A stretch of DNA of 64,000 nucleotides from an archaeon (lineage in GTDB: Archaea > EX4484-52 > WAPT01), in contig JAPDKB010000002.1 of NCBI GenBank assembly GCA_029258795.1, positions 96,001 to 160,000 on the forward strand, written 5' to 3'. The notes below the pieces were generated by a model that saw only the letters and a program-made list of their open reading frames with translations, had not been told where the DNA came from and made no database searches. Shown piece after piece: positions 46,136 through 56,597 of the stretch; position 1 is the first letter of the stretch; each line of letters begins with the position of its first letter. A program made the translations under genes and the position numbers.

Positions 46136-46372
46136 ATGGAGGGGGACAAGATAGTGTACCTCTCACCAAACGAGAAGCTTAAAGTGACGCCCAACGGATA
46201 CGTTGTGAAGGAGAATACGTTGTTTGGTGAAAGGGAAGTGCTGGGGACATTCGAAGCCAACCTCGGTATTGGAGATCCGGATGGAATGAGGTATGCCCTG
46301 AGACACGGGTGCAGGGTCGTCATCAGCCCGGCGGAAGGGTTCAAAGCACTCGCGTACAGACCGCTTGAATGA
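46136..46372 (+). CDS. Small hypothetical protein (78 aa)
   Basis: Strong SD GGAGGTGA; occupies the gap between trmY and gatB. Confidence 0.6.
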   Translation: MEGDKIVYLSPNEKLKVTPNGYVVKENTLFGEREVLGTFEANLGIGDPDGMRYALRHGCRVVISPAEGFKALAYRPLE

Positions 46373-46469
46373 TAACTTAAATAATGGCTTACGAATTTTC
46401 TTTTCTTTCCTCTTTTATCGGCAGGGATGAGCTTCAACCTTTAAAAATGTGAGTTTGCACTTTTCAACC

Positions 46470-47978
46470 ATGGTCGCTTCTGTATCCTCACCTTCAAAAA
46501 CAACTCAGAGCAACATTGTTACTTCTGGCGAGAAGGAGAGTGTGAAGGTCAAGATAGGACTGGAGACGCACGTTCAGCTCATAACCAACTCCAAGCTTTT
46601 CTGTTCCTGCAGGAATCCTGTGACGCTTGAAAAAGAACCGGAACCAAACACGCTTGTGTGCGATGTCTGCCTTGGAATGCCCGGAACGAAGCCGAGGGTA
46701 AACGAAAAAGTTATCGAGTATGCCATAAAAGTTGCTCTTGCTCTCAATTGTGAGGTTGCAGCCAGAACTTTCTTCTCAAGAAAGACGTACTTCTATCCGG
46801 ACATGAACAAGAACTTTCAGATAACGCAGTACGAAATACCAATAGCCAAAGGTGGATGGGTGGAAATAGAGGGGGATGATGGTAAAAGGAAGAGGATCAG
46901 GATAAGGCGCGTACATATAGAGGAGGACCCGGCCAAGCTGGTGCATAAAGAGGGCCACACCCTCGGGGATTATAATAGGGCGGGTGTACCTCTCCTTGAG
47001 ATAGTCACCGAGCCGGATTTTTCCAGCCCTAAGGAGGCGAGGGCATACCTTCAAAAGCTGGTGCAGATTCTGGAATATCTGGGGATTTATGATTCAACCA
47101 CACAGGCCACTGTGAAGAGTGATGCCAACATTTCCATCGTTTACAACGGAATGCAGGGCGAAAGAGTCGAGCTAAAGAACATAAGCGGCACAAAGGAGAT
47201 AGAGAGAGCTCTGAGCTACGAGGTTATAAGGCAGGTTAACGTGTTCAGGAGAGGCGGGGCTGTTGCCAGAGAGACCCGAAACTGGGATGAGAATGCCGGT
47301 GTGAGCAGACCCATGAGAATGAAGGAGGAAGAGGAAGAGTATGGCTATATTTTTGAGCCGGATCTGCCGATGGTGGAGTTTGAAAGGAAGTTTATTGAGA
47401 AAATAAAGGCATCGCTGCCAGAGCTTCCAGATGAGAAGAGGAAGAGGTTTGTCAAGCAATACAGCTTGAAGGAGAAAACCGCAGAATCGTTGACCAGCGA
47501 GATGGAAATTGCGGACCTTTTTGAGAAGCTCGTTTCTCACGTTTCTGTTAAGAACGCCGTGGCGTGGACACTTGTGCTGTTAAAAACTCTCAATTATCAC
47601 AATATCAAATACAGGGAAGCGGGTATAAAGGATGAATGGTTTATCGAGCTTGTGAGAGCTTACGAAAATAAAGAATACTCTGACCTTGTCACCGAAGAGA
47701 TTTTGAGAAGGATGGTGGAGGAGAAGCAGCCCTTGGAAAAAATTGTGAAAAAATACAAGTATCCTAAGCTTGGGGAAGGTGTGAAGCTGGAGGAGATTGT
47801 GGAGAACGTGATTGAGGAAAACAGAAAGGCAGTGGAGGATTATGTGGCTGGTAGGATGGAGGCACTTAACTTCCTGGTGGGGCAGGTGATGAGGGCAACG
47901 AAAGGGGCTGCGGATCCGAAAAAGGTAAGGGAAGTTATGATTTCAAAGCTTGAAAACCAGAAGAAGGAAAATAAATAG
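46470..47978 (+). CDS. gatB: Asp/Glu-tRNA amidotransferase subunit B
   Basis: IGLETHVQL, RKTYFYPD, HIEEDPAK, DYNRAGVPLLEIVTEPD, FLVGQVM; alternative start GTG 46542. Confidence 0.96.
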   Translation: MVASVSSPSKTTQSNIVTSGEKESVKVKIGLETHVQLITNSKLFCSCRNPVTLEKEPEPNTLVCDVCLGMPGTKPRVNEKVIEYAIKVALALNCEVAARTFFSRKTYFYPDMNKNFQITQYEIPIAKGGWVEIEGDDGKRKRIRIRRVHIEEDPAKLVHKEGHTLGDYNRAGVPLLEIVTEPDFSSPKEARAYLQKLVQILEYLGIYDSTTQATVKSDANISIVYNGMQGERVELKNISGTKEIERALSYEVIRQVNVFRRGGAVARETRNWDENAGVSRPMRMKEEEEEYGYIFEPDLPMVEFERKFIEKIKASLPELPDEKRKRFVKQYSLKEKTAESLTSEMEIADLFEKLVSHVSVKNAVAWTLVLLKTLNYHNIKYREAGIKDEWFIELVRAYENKEYSDLVTEEILRRMVEEKQPLEKIVKKYKYPKLGEGVKLEEIVENVIEENRKAVEDYVAGRMEALNFLVGQVMRATKGAADPKKVREVMISKLENQKKENK

Positions 47979-48021
47979 TCCAATATGCTTCCTCAAGTTT
48001 ATAGAATGGAGGGTAGAAACG

Positions 48022-48103
48022 TTTATATATGTGTGGTGTCCAATTATACATCGAGACACAATTTGTAGGGTGCGACCGGGGAGGATAGCCCTACATATTG
48101 TGT
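48022..48103 (+). promoter_or_regulatory. TATA box followed by two NrdR boxes
   Basis: TTTATATA 48022-48029; ACACAATTTGTAGGGT (48056-48071) and GCCCTACATATTGTGT (48088-48103), starts 32 bp apart, matching acaCwAtATaTwGtgt. Confidence 0.85.
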
Positions 48104-48178
48104 GGTGTATTAATTGGATTAGTCCTACCTATCTCGATAAGGGCTGAAATTTCAACAAAAACACCGGAGGTGCTCGAA

Positions 48179-48685
48179 TTGCACTGTCCTTACTGCGGAT
48201 ATCATGAAACAAAGGTTATAGAAACGAGAGACGTAGGGGATGAGGCCATAAGGAGAAGAAGAGTGTGCCTGAGGTGTGATAAGCGTTTCACCACCTACGA
48301 AAGGATAGAGAGAATGGACATCTTCGTGATAAAGAAGGATGGCAGAAGGGAGAGATTCAGCAGGAACAAAGTGATGAAGGGCATACTTAAAGCATGCGAA
48401 AAAAGACCGATAAGCATAGAGGAAATAGAGAGGCTGGTGGAAAACGTAGAGAGCGAGATAAGGAAGAAGGATGGTGTTGAAGTGAGCAGCAGGGAGATAG
48501 GGGAGATAGTGATGCGCAAACTTAAAGAGCTGGATCACGTTGCATACATACGCTTTGCTTCGGTTTACAAAGAATTCAAAGATATAGATTCTTTTGCAAG
48601 GGAGGTGTTGATGCTCAAAAATGAGGTTAATAAAAAGGAGGATGTCGTAAAGGAGAATGTCGTGGTGAAGGGTGATACGGTATGA
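48179..48685 (+). CDS. nrdR: Transcriptional repressor NrdR
   Basis: CPYC...[18 protein letters not shown] plus ATP cone, [10 protein letters not shown]; TTG start after SD GGAGGTG. Confidence 0.96.
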   Translation: MHCPYCGYHETKVIETRDVGDEAIRRRRVCLRCDKRFTTYERIERMDIFVIKKDGRRERFSRNKVMKGILKACEKRPISIEEIERLVENVESEIRKKDGVEVSSREIGEIVMRKLKELDHVAYIRFASVYKEFKDIDSFAREVLMLKNEVNKKEDVVKENVVVKGDTV

Positions 48686-50844
48686 ACGAGAGGAGAAGGG
48701 TAGAGAATGCGGAGATGGAGGGGAAGGAAAAGCCGAAGGCACGGGTTAAGAACCACATAAAGAAGATAAGGAAGCGTGATGGCAGGATAGTGAAGTTCGA
48801 AAAAGAAAAGATTGTGAATGCTGTGTTTAAGGCTGCGCAGGCAGTTGGTGGTAAAGATAGAAAGATGGCTGAGGAAATTGCGGATGAAGTTGTAATGGTT
48901 CTGAATGAGCGATTCAAACCGGGTGAGATTCCCAGCGTGGAGGACGTGCAGGATGTTGTGGAGGAGGTGCTGATAAAGAGGGGACATGACAGAACCGCGA
49001 GAGCTTATATAGCTTACAGGAGGGAGCGTGCAAGAATAAGAGAGGCAAAGGCAGCTCTGGGTGTGGTTGACGAGCTGAAGCTTCCGCTCAACGCCATAGT
49101 GGTGCTCAAGAACCGCTACCTGCAGAAGGATGAGACGGGCAAGCCGATAGAGAGCGTTGCCCAGATGTTCAGGAGGGTGGCACGAAACATAGCCAAGGCG
49201 GACAGGTTTTATGGAAAGACCCCTGCTGAGGTGAAAGAAACGGAGGAGAGGTTCTACAAACTCATGACCTCTCTTGAGTTCTTACCGAACTCGCCCACGC
49301 TTATGAATGCTGGCACACCTCTTCAGCAGCTCTCCGCATGCTTTGTTTTACCCATAGAGGATGATATAGAGAGCATTTTCGATGCGGTGAAATATACAGC
49401 CATGATACACAAGAGTGGGGGAGGCACCGGATTCAGCTTCTCGAGATTAAGGCCAAAAGGCGATATAGTTAAAAGCACGCACGGCGTTGCTTCAGGCCCC
49501 GTTTCTTTTATGCGTATATTCGATGTGACCACAGAGGTCATCAAGCAGGGCGGCAGGAGAAGAGGAGCCAACATGGGTGTGCTGCGTGTTGACCATCCAG
49601 ATGTGCTGGAGTTCATCACCTGCAAGGAGCAGGAAGGCATGTTCTCGAACTTTAACATATCTGTGGCTATAACCGACGCGTTTATGGATGCCGTCAAGAG
49701 CAACGACACTTACCCTCTCATAAACCCGCGCACCGGAAAAGTTGTGAAGGAGTTGCCGGCCAGAGAGGTCTGGGATCTTATCATTCTCATGGCCTGGAAG
49801 AACGGTGAGCCGGGAGTGATATTCATAGACACGATAAACAGGCATAACCCGACACCCAAGATTGGGATGATAGAGTCCACAAATCCCTGCGGAGAACAAC
49901 CGCTCTTGCCTTACGAATCCTGTAATCTTGGATCGATAAATCTTGGAAAGTTCGTGGTGATGGATGGTGGCAAGCCCTACATTGACTGGGAAAGGTTGGG
50001 GGATGCTGTCAAAACTGCAACGCACTTTCTTGACAATGTCATAGACATGAACAAATACCCGCTAAAGCAAATAGAGAAAATGACCAAGGCAAACAGAAAG
50101 ATAGGGCTCGGTGTGATGGGATTTGCTGACCTGCTCATAAAACTCAGAATTCCGTACAACTCCAACAGAGCGGTTAGAATGGCGGAGAAGGTTATGAAAT
50201 TCATAAATGAAAAGAGCAAGGAAGCTTCGGTGGAACTTGCTGAGGAAAGAGGAAGCTTTCCAAACTTTGAGTTGAGCGTGTGGCCTGAAAGGGGTTACGA
50301 CAAGCTGAGAAACGCAACAACCACAACGATAGCTCCAACGGGCACGATAAGTATAATTGCTGGAGCATCGAGCGGAATCGAGCCAATCTTTGCCATCTCC
50401 TATGTCAGGAAGAACATACTGGGTGGGGAGGAGCTAATAGAGGTCAACCCGCTCTTCATAGAGATGGCCAAGGAAATGGGACTTTACAGTGAGGAGCTGA
50501 TGAAAAAAGTAGCGAAGATGGGCTCCATACAGAAGATCGATGGTGTGCCGGACGAGCTGAAGGAAATATTTGTAACTGCACATGACATAGCGCCGGAGTG
50601 GCACGTGAAGGTGCAGGCCGCGTTCCAGAAGCATACAGATAACGCGGTATCCAAAACCATAAACTTCCCCCACTACGCTACACCTCAGGATGTGGAGAAG
50701 GCATACTGGCTTGCTTACAAGCTCGGATGTAAGGGAATAACCGTCTACAGAGACAGAAGCAGGAGCCAGCAGGTGCTCAACATAGAGTATAAGGAGAACA
50801 ACAAGGATAACAAAAAGGAGGGTAAATCATGCCCCTCCTGCTAA
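48682..50844 (+). CDS. nrdJ: Class II (AdoCbl-dependent) ribonucleotide reductase with ATP cone
   Basis: ATP cone, [32 protein letters not shown]-terminal CPSC; no intein. Confidence 0.94.
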   Translation: MNERRRVENAEMEGKEKPKARVKNHIKKIRKRDGRIVKFEKEKIVNAVFKAAQAVGGKDRKMAEEIADEVVMVLNERFKPGEIPSVEDVQDVVEEVLIKRGHDRTARAYIAYRRERARIREAKAALGVVDELKLPLNAIVVLKNRYLQKDETGKPIESVAQMFRRVARNIAKADRFYGKTPAEVKETEERFYKLMTSLEFLPNSPTLMNAGTPLQQLSACFVLPIEDDIESIFDAVKYTAMIHKSGGGTGFSFSRLRPKGDIVKSTHGVASGPVSFMRIFDVTTEVIKQGGRRRGANMGVLRVDHPDVLEFITCKEQEGMFSNFNISVAITDAFMDAVKSNDTYPLINPRTGKVVKELPAREVWDLIILMAWKNGEPGVIFIDTINRHNPTPKIGMIESTNPCGEQPLLPYESCNLGSINLGKFVVMDGGKPYIDWERLGDAVKTATHFLDNVIDMNKYPLKQIEKMTKANRKIGLGVMGFADLLIKLRIPYNSNRAVRMAEKVMKFINEKSKEASVELAEERGSFPNFELSVWPERGYDKLRNATTTTIAPTGTISIIAGASSGIEPIFAISYVRKNILGGEELIEVNPLFIEMAKEMGLYSEELMKKVAKMGSIQKIDGVPDELKEIFVTAHDIAPEWHVKVQAAFQKHTDNAVSKTINFPHYATPQDVEKAYWLAYKLGCKGITVYRDRSRSQQVLNIEYKENNKDNKKEGKSCPSC

Positions 50845-50878
50845 CCCTTCCCATTATTAATCCCAAAGGTGTTGCGAT

Positions 50879-51616
50879 GTGAGCTTCGCTAACGGTGTGA
50901 AGGATACTCCTCAAAATACTGCTCCACATATTGATGAAGCTGCAGTGTCTTCCGTGGATTCGGCAGCTCAAACACCGGTTGATGTGAGGGGTCCGGGTCT
51001 AGTGCAGGTTTATACGGGAGATGGAAAAGGCAAGACCACAGCAGCGTTAGGACTTGCTTTGAGGGCTGCAGGCCACGGCTACAAAGTTTTCATTTTCCAG
51101 TTCCTGAAAGGCGGGCAGTACACAGGAGAATTAAAATCAATAAACATGGTGCTTCACCCACTCATAAAGATAGAGCAGTTTGGCACTGGTTGCATCAAGA
51201 CATCGAAACAGGTTAAGATCTCAGCTTACAATGGGAAGAGTGGCTTGTGTCCGCGCAATTATACTGCTGAGAGAGATGTGCTTAACTGCGGAGCATGCCG
51301 TTATTGTTTCCTGATTCATGATGAGGATTATGTAAGAACAAGAAAAGCGATAAAGATGTTCAGAGAGTTTGCAGCTTCAGGCAGCTATGATATCATAATT
51401 CTGGACGAACTGACACATGCCATAAACAAAGGGCTCGTAAGTGCGGAGGAAGTGGTGGATATAATCAAATCCAGAAAGAAGGGTGTGGAAATTGTGATTA
51501 CAGGCAGGGATGCTCCCCCAGAGCTTTTGGAGATAGCTGATCTTGTCACGGAGATGCATGAAGTGAAGCATCCATGGAAAAAAGGTGTGCCCGCCAGAAA
51601 GGGCATAGAATACTAA
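50879..51616 (+). CDS. cobA: Cob(I)alamin adenosyltransferase (CobA/BtuR/CobO) with Cys-rich insertion
   Basis: YTGDGKGKTTAALG, QFLKG, ILDE, ITGR, ADLVTEM..KHP...ARKGIEY. Confidence 0.92.
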   Translation: MSFANGVKDTPQNTAPHIDEAAVSSVDSAAQTPVDVRGPGLVQVYTGDGKGKTTAALGLALRAAGHGYKVFIFQFLKGGQYTGELKSINMVLHPLIKIEQFGTGCIKTSKQVKISAYNGKSGLCPRNYTAERDVLNCGACRYCFLIHDEDYVRTRKAIKMFREFAASGSYDIIILDELTHAINKGLVSAEEVVDIIKSRKKGVEIVITGRDAPPELLEIADLVTEMHEVKHPWKKGVPARKGIEY

Positions 51617-51655
51617 AAGCTTTTCATTCCATTTTCTTCTGGAGGTGGATAAACG

Positions 51656-52495
51656 ATGGGCGATGTTCATCTGGGAGGATTCTTTGCTTTTCATTCGGTA
51701 GAGGAGTTCGAAAAGCTGAAAAGGAACAAGCTTGCCAAAAGCTGTTTAAAAGTTATGGACTTCTGTGAGATCTGGCTTGAGAATGAGAAGGGCAACGTCG
51801 AGCTTACAAAACAGGAAGATTATGTGGTCAACCTGATTAGAGATGTGGTCGGAGATGATAAATACATCGGAATTCACGGCCCTCTCTTTATAATTAACGC
51901 TGCGAACCCATCTCCAACCATGTGGAAAGCGGCTTTCGAGGAGGCAAAAGCCACCATAGATATTGCAAGTAAACTTAACGCGGTCTATGTGCTTTTCCAT
52001 GCAGGCAACTACCCGTTTTTTGTAAAAAGAAAGCGTGTGGATGAAATGATGGTATCACGCTTTAAACAGCTGGTTGAATACGGGAGGAAGAGGAAGGTAT
52101 GCATTGCGGTGGAAAATGTGCCCTATGCTCCCTCTCTTTCAGTTCCATACGGATCAAGTTTAAAAGAAATAGGACTTTTGCTCAGAAAATGCAAGGACCT
52201 TTACTTTGTACTGGATTTTCCGCACCTTTTGCTTGGAAGGGACAGTGAAGCCATAATAAAGAAAATACATCTTGAACGGCTCATAGCACTCCATGTGCAT
52301 GGATTCAACGGGATGGCAGATCATGTAGAGATAAACGATGACAACTTAATCGATTATGGAGAGATATTTGAGCACCTGATTCCAAAGCTTAAGCGCGATC
52401 TTTACGTTAACGTGGAGGTTGTCGGGTTGAGGGAGATGAAGCGCTCCATTTTGGTGGTTAAAGAAATCGTGGACAGCGTGAAAAAATCAAAATAA
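51656..52495 (+). CDS. Xylose-isomerase / AP-endonuclease-2-like TIM barrel protein
   Basis: IHGP, FHAG, VENVP, LDFPH, LHVH, DH, VE metal-ligand pattern. Confidence 0.8.
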   Translation: MGDVHLGGFFAFHSVEEFEKLKRNKLAKSCLKVMDFCEIWLENEKGNVELTKQEDYVVNLIRDVVGDDKYIGIHGPLFIINAANPSPTMWKAAFEEAKATIDIASKLNAVYVLFHAGNYPFFVKRKRVDEMMVSRFKQLVEYGRKRKVCIAVENVPYAPSLSVPYGSSLKEIGLLLRKCKDLYFVLDFPHLLLGRDSEAIIKKIHLERLIALHVHGFNGMADHVEINDDNLIDYGEIFEHLIPKLKRDLYVNVEVVGLREMKRSILVVKEIVDSVKKSK

Positions 52496-52520
52496 ATATT
52501 TTTGTGTCCAACAATCATGC

Positions 52521-52778
52521 ATGCCCGAAGACAATGAAAAGAAAATTTATGTTACGGCTGATATGAGTATAGGGGAGGTTGTATCTAACTATCCGGAAGC
52601 TGTTGCCGTGCTCATGAAGTATGGTTTGCACTGTATAGGTTGCCAGATAGCAGCCTTCGAATCGCTGCGTGATGGACTTGTCGCTCACGGACTGAGTGAG
52701 AAAGATGTTGAAAGAGTGGTGGAGGAGATAAATGCTACCATAGAAGAGGTTAAGAAAACCGTAGAGGAAAAGAAATGA
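52521..52778 (+). CDS. DUF1858-family (hybrid-cluster-associated redox disulfide) protein
   Basis: DMSIGEVVSNYPE, GLHCIGC, ESLRDG..AHG. Confidence 0.88.
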   Translation: MPEDNEKKIYVTADMSIGEVVSNYPEAVAVLMKYGLHCIGCQIAAFESLRDGLVAHGLSEKDVERVVEEINATIEEVKKTVEEKK

Positions 52779-52792
52779 TGAGGTGGTGAGGA

Positions 52793-52984
52793 ATGTACAG
52801 GATAGTGCAGGACCATGAGGCATGCATAGGATGTGGTGCTTGCGTTTCCGTCTGCCCGGACAACTGGGAGATGGGTGATGACGGGAAGGCAAAGCCCATA
52901 AAGACCGAGGTGGAGGAAGCTGGCTGCAATCAGGAAGCAGCGAACATCTGCCCGGTGCAGTGCATCAAAATCGAGGAGGAGTGA
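52793..52984 (+). CDS. Monocluster [4Fe-4S] ferredoxin
   Basis: CIGCGACVSVCP...C...CPVQCI. Confidence 0.93.
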   Translation: MYRIVQDHEACIGCGACVSVCPDNWEMGDDGKAKPIKTEVEEAGCNQEAANICPVQCIKIEEE

Positions 52985-53007
52985 ATTTTCACTTTTTCAC
53001 TTCTTTT

Positions 53008-54240
53008 TTATTTCAACACTCCATACCCTATCAGGCGCCATCTTCCCTCTATCTGGGTTGAAAGCGCGACCTTACTGCCCGGCTGAGCGCATATCGGTAT
53101 CTTCAACTTTGCTTCAATAACATCGCTTCCTCCCTTTGTGCAGACACCAACAGTTCTTGCTGTTCCAACGTTCATTAGGAGAGGCGTTCCGGTTTCAATT
53201 TTTTCTATCATGAATTCCTTCCCGCTCTCTTCAATTCTCTTTATTGGGTAGTATTCCAACGTGACCTCATAGTAAACGGGTGGAAGCTGATTAACGTGAC
53301 CCACAACATTACCCACCATCGTATCCGATTTGGTGAGGGCAGGGTCAAGCAAAGTCCCGACAGCGATAAGGCCGCCGGGTGTGGCTTCATCCAGTTTCTT
53401 GTTTCCCTGCATGAGTCCAGTAACCTCGGTGATGAGGGAGTGGTACTTGCCATCATCTCCCTTTATGCCCGGTCTTATCTCTATCTCATCTCCAACTTTC
53501 AGCACGCCCTGTATCAAGCTACCTCCCAGCACACCTCCGACCAGATTTTGAATAGAGGTGCCGGGTTTGTTCACGTCAAAACTTCTTGCCACGTACATGA
53601 GGGGTGGCTTGTTGAGATCCCTTTTCGGAGTGGGGAATTCCTCCTGAATTGCCTGCAAAAGAACATCTATGTTAACTCGATGCTGGGCTGAAACAGGGAT
53701 TATGGGGGCATTTTCCGCTTTCGTGCCCTTCAGGAATTCCTTTATCTGCTGATAATTCTCCATGGCCTGCTTCTCATCCACAAGATCTATCTTGTTCTGC
53801 ACCACGATGAATTTCTCTATCCCTGCTATCTGCGCAGCCGTGAAGTGCTCGACGGTCTGCGGCCTCGGGCACGGTTCGTTTGCCGCTATAACGAGTATTG
53901 CATAGTCCATCAATGCAGCTCCGGTAAGCGTGGTGGCCATGAGCGTTTCATGACCGGGGCAGTCAACTATGGACACCGTTCTGAGCAGCTCCGTCTTCGA
54001 ACCGCAATAAAAGCAGGTTTCAAAGGTTGTGTAAGCTTGCGGTTCACCACACTTCGGGCATTTCCTGATGGAGAAGTCGGCATAACCCAATCTTATGGAT
54101 ATACCTCTCTTCAGCTCTTCCGTGTGCTCGTCCGTGAACTTGCCTGTCAGCGCTTCAGTCAGGGTTGTCTTACCATGATCGACATGTCCTATCATTCCTA
54201 TATTCATTTCCGAGATTTCCTTCGGGTTAACTTTACTCAT
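53008..54240 (-). CDS. eif2g: Translation initiation factor aIF-2 gamma
   Basis: GHVDHGKT, GISIRLGY, Zn knuckle, DCPGH, QNKID, WRLIGYG. Confidence 0.97.
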   Translation of the reverse strand: MSKVNPKEISEMNIGMIGHVDHGKTTLTEALTGKFTDEHTEELKRGISIRLGYADFSIRKCPKCGEPQAYTTFETCFYCGSKTELLRTVSIVDCPGHETLMATTLTGAALMDYAILVIAANEPCPRPQTVEHFTAAQIAGIEKFIVVQNKIDLVDEKQAMENYQQIKEFLKGTKAENAPIIPVSAQHRVNIDVLLQAIQEEFPTPKRDLNKPPLMYVARSFDVNKPGTSIQNLVGGVLGGSLIQGVLKVGDEIEIRPGIKGDDGKYHSLITEVTGLMQGNKKLDEATPGGLIAVGTLLDPALTKSDTMVGNVVGHVNQLPPVYYEVTLEYYPIKRIEESGKEFMIEKIETGTPLLMNVGTARTVGVCTKGGSDVIEAKLKIPICAQPGSKVALSTQIEGRWRLIGYGVLK

Positions 54241-54325
54241 GAGTCCTTCACCACCACTATCCATTGCTTAAAGCATAGCAGAATACACCTAATTGTGGGT
54301 TCACGTTTTTAAAGTTTAGCCCGCG

Positions 54326-55051
54326 TCAGCCGCGCTTCAAAGGAAATTCCACCAGTTTTTTCTCAAGATTGGGAGAGTGACCATCATTTAAATACCACAC
54401 ACCCATCTCTAGTGGAGTGAAGGGTTCATAACTGTTCTCGGGAACGCTCAGATACACAGATATTTCTTCTGACTTATTTTCCTTTTTCCACCTGTCCAGC
54501 AGTTCTTTTGCACCACGGGGTGCGAACTCGTCTATCAATGTCTGGAACGAGCATGATTTATATCCTACACGCGAGATGATGAGTGGAAACATCCTTGTTT
54601 CATCGAAGAAATGAAGATTTACTTCTCCTGATAGGGTGGAGAAACCCGCGGATCCTAGCTCATCCCACTCCAGATTTTCAAATCCTGCAATCCAGGATTT
54701 GGGATACATTCTGACCCTTACATAATCCAAGTCATACACGGTGGGGCCGTTTTCATCGCGTTTTAAAAGAGTATCTAATGTCACATGTTCGTGATGCCCG
54801 TATGAGCATGAATTACATCTCTCCCCGTAATGAATCATTATCTCGTTTTTATCGAAATAGCTCTCTCCATCCACCCAAGCATAAGCATTAAGGCTCTCTT
54901 TTCCACAAGAGGGGCATATATCTCCCTCCACAACCTCAAGTAATACATTTTCGCAGCTTCCGTCATGCGAAATTGATGCTGCGTCTTTTATTGCGTGATA
55001 CAATTGCTTTAAGAAAAACAGTTTCGGGTTTTCACAGTTTTCCGGATCCAT
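54326..55051 (-). CDS. Hypothetical protein with CxxC...CxxC Zn-ribbon-like motif
   Basis: 241-aa ORF; CPSC and CNSC..GH; SD GGTG. Confidence 0.6.
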   Translation of the reverse strand: MDPENCENPKLFFLKQLYHAIKDAASISHDGSCENVLLEVVEGDICPSCGKESLNAYAWVDGESYFDKNEIMIHYGERCNSCSYGHHEHVTLDTLLKRDENGPTVYDLDYVRVRMYPKSWIAGFENLEWDELGSAGFSTLSGEVNLHFFDETRMFPLIISRVGYKSCSFQTLIDEFAPRGAKELLDRWKKENKSEEISVYLSVPENSYEPFTPLEMGVWYLNDGHSPNLEKKLVEFPLKRG

Positions 55052-55170
55052 GGCTCAGCACCACAGAATGAAGGTGGGCGCAATTAACTTTAAAAAACTT
55101 GCATTATAGAATTGTTGTGTTCTCCTCAAAGGTGTTGTGAAAACGCACTCGATTTTGATGGTGATGCGAG

Positions 55171-55587
55171 ATGAACGTCAAGTTCGTTATAAACGATCCG
55201 AAAACAGGCAAGAGCTATCAGAAAGAAGTGGAGCAGAGCAAAATAGAAGCGCTGTTTGGCCTGAAGATTGGGGACGAGTTTGATGGTGGCATAATCGATT
55301 TGCCCGGATACAAGCTGAAAATAACCGGTGGAAGCGATAAGGACGGGTTCCCCATGAAGAAGGGTGTTGAAGGCACTGGCAGAAAAAGACTTCTTCTTTC
55401 AGGAGGTGTCGGTTACAACCCCAAGGAAAAAGGAGTGAAAAGAAGAAAGACGGTGAGGGGAGAAATGATAGCAGAAGACATAGCACAGATAAACTGCATG
55501 GTTGTGAAGGTGGGTAAGCAGAGCTTGGATGAGCTGTTCGGAAAAGCGGGTGGAGAGCAGGAAGCTCAGGCAGAACAGGCGGCTTAA
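55171..55587 (+). CDS. rps6e: 30S ribosomal protein S6e
   Basis: DPKTGKSY, ITGGSDKDGFPM, RRKTVRG. Confidence 0.96.
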   Translation: MNVKFVINDPKTGKSYQKEVEQSKIEALFGLKIGDEFDGGIIDLPGYKLKITGGSDKDGFPMKKGVEGTGRKRLLLSGGVGYNPKEKGVKRRKTVRGEMIAEDIAQINCMVVKVGKQSLDELFGKAGGEQEAQAEQAA

Positions 55588-55621
55588 TTCCTTCTAATTT
55601 TATCTCATTTGCTTTTTGACC

Positions 55622-56212
55622 TCACACGAGGGAGAACTTGAGGTAAACTCCCCCATCCTTAACTCGGTTCTCCACCAGCCGGTAGGATGAAGGAATATCC
55701 AGAATCTTGAAATACATGGTATCTTTGGCATAAGCTCTGAATTCTGCCGATTCATCCAGCTGAATTATCTCTATGTCCTCAGGACTCTTAACACCTTCCA
55801 CTTCCATTTCAACTTCTATGACGCTTCCTTCCTTCTTTATCGATTTTATCTTGGGCTCTTTCACGCTCTTGAATTTTCTCTCCTTCTTTCCATCCTTTCT
55901 ATCAGTCAGCACGTTAGCCATTTCTGGAGAATTATGAACGTTGCCTCCCTGCTCCACCTTGACGCCAGCCGGCGTTATCCTTATCTTAACTACATGCTTT
56001 TGTGGGGGAGCCGGCATGCGTTCTCTTTCCGCATCCATTCCCATAAAATCGCGTAGCATGTCATTTGCCATCTTCATCATTTTCTCCATCACGTCCTCCA
56101 TCCCGAATTCGAGTATATTTTTCCATCTTGGCTCGATCTTGTTTCCGCAGAATGGACAGTAATTCCATTCCTTGTTCAGCTCGGATCCACAGTTTTTACA
56201 TTTCCTGCTCAT
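55622..56212 (-). CDS. Zinc-ribbon plus Hsp20-like domain protein
   Basis: CKNCG...WNYCPFCG; C-terminal KEP...VEGVKSPEDI...FRAYAKD..YFK alpha-crystallin-like pattern. Confidence 0.75.
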   Translation of the reverse strand: MSRKCKNCGSELNKEWNYCPFCGNKIEPRWKNILEFGMEDVMEKMMKMANDMLRDFMGMDAERERMPAPPQKHVVKIRITPAGVKVEQGGNVHNSPEMANVLTDRKDGKKERKFKSVKEPKIKSIKKEGSVIEVEMEVEGVKSPEDIEIIQLDESAEFRAYAKDTMYFKILDIPSSYRLVENRVKDGGVYLKFSLV

Positions 56213-56230
56213 AACTAAACGCACCACAGA

Positions 56231-56512
56231 TTACTTGTTCAACACGGTTTTCAGGATGTCAAGCGGCTCGTTCGGCTTTATTTCAAAGCCCCTTGCCGTC
56301 AATGCCAGAACCATCCAGAACACATCGGAGATGGTTTTGAGTGATGCTATAAACGATGTGTGCTTCCCCTCAAATATGAGCGTTGTTCCCTCATAATCGA
56401 ATGTTACCTGAGTGAACTCTCCTGCCTTCAGCTCGAGCTCCTGTCCTTCAGCCCCCACTATGGTGAGGTATAGGTTTTCCGGGGGCTTTATGCTTATGGT
56501 ATAATCTGGCAT
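56231..56512 (-). CDS. Hypothetical protein (93 aa)
   Basis: SD GGTGA, TATA upstream, co-oriented with the downstream gene. Confidence 0.6.
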   Translation of the reverse strand: MPDYTISIKPPENLYLTIVGAEGQELELKAGEFTQVTFDYEGTTLIFEGKHTSFIASLKTISDVFWMVLALTARGFEIKPNEPLDILKTVLNK

Positions 56513-56597
56513 ATCACATCACCACTAACATAATTCAGCTTAGCACTTTATATAAGTTTCGAAGAATTTTTATCCGGATTTCTAAAAGAAAATTGTT

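Noticed and set aside
46050-46169. Extended N-terminus of trmY in the ORF track (similar extensions for nrdR, SPFH, nth, rpoL)
   Set aside because: Extensions run through promoter/SD regions; downstream starts fit the family N-termini better
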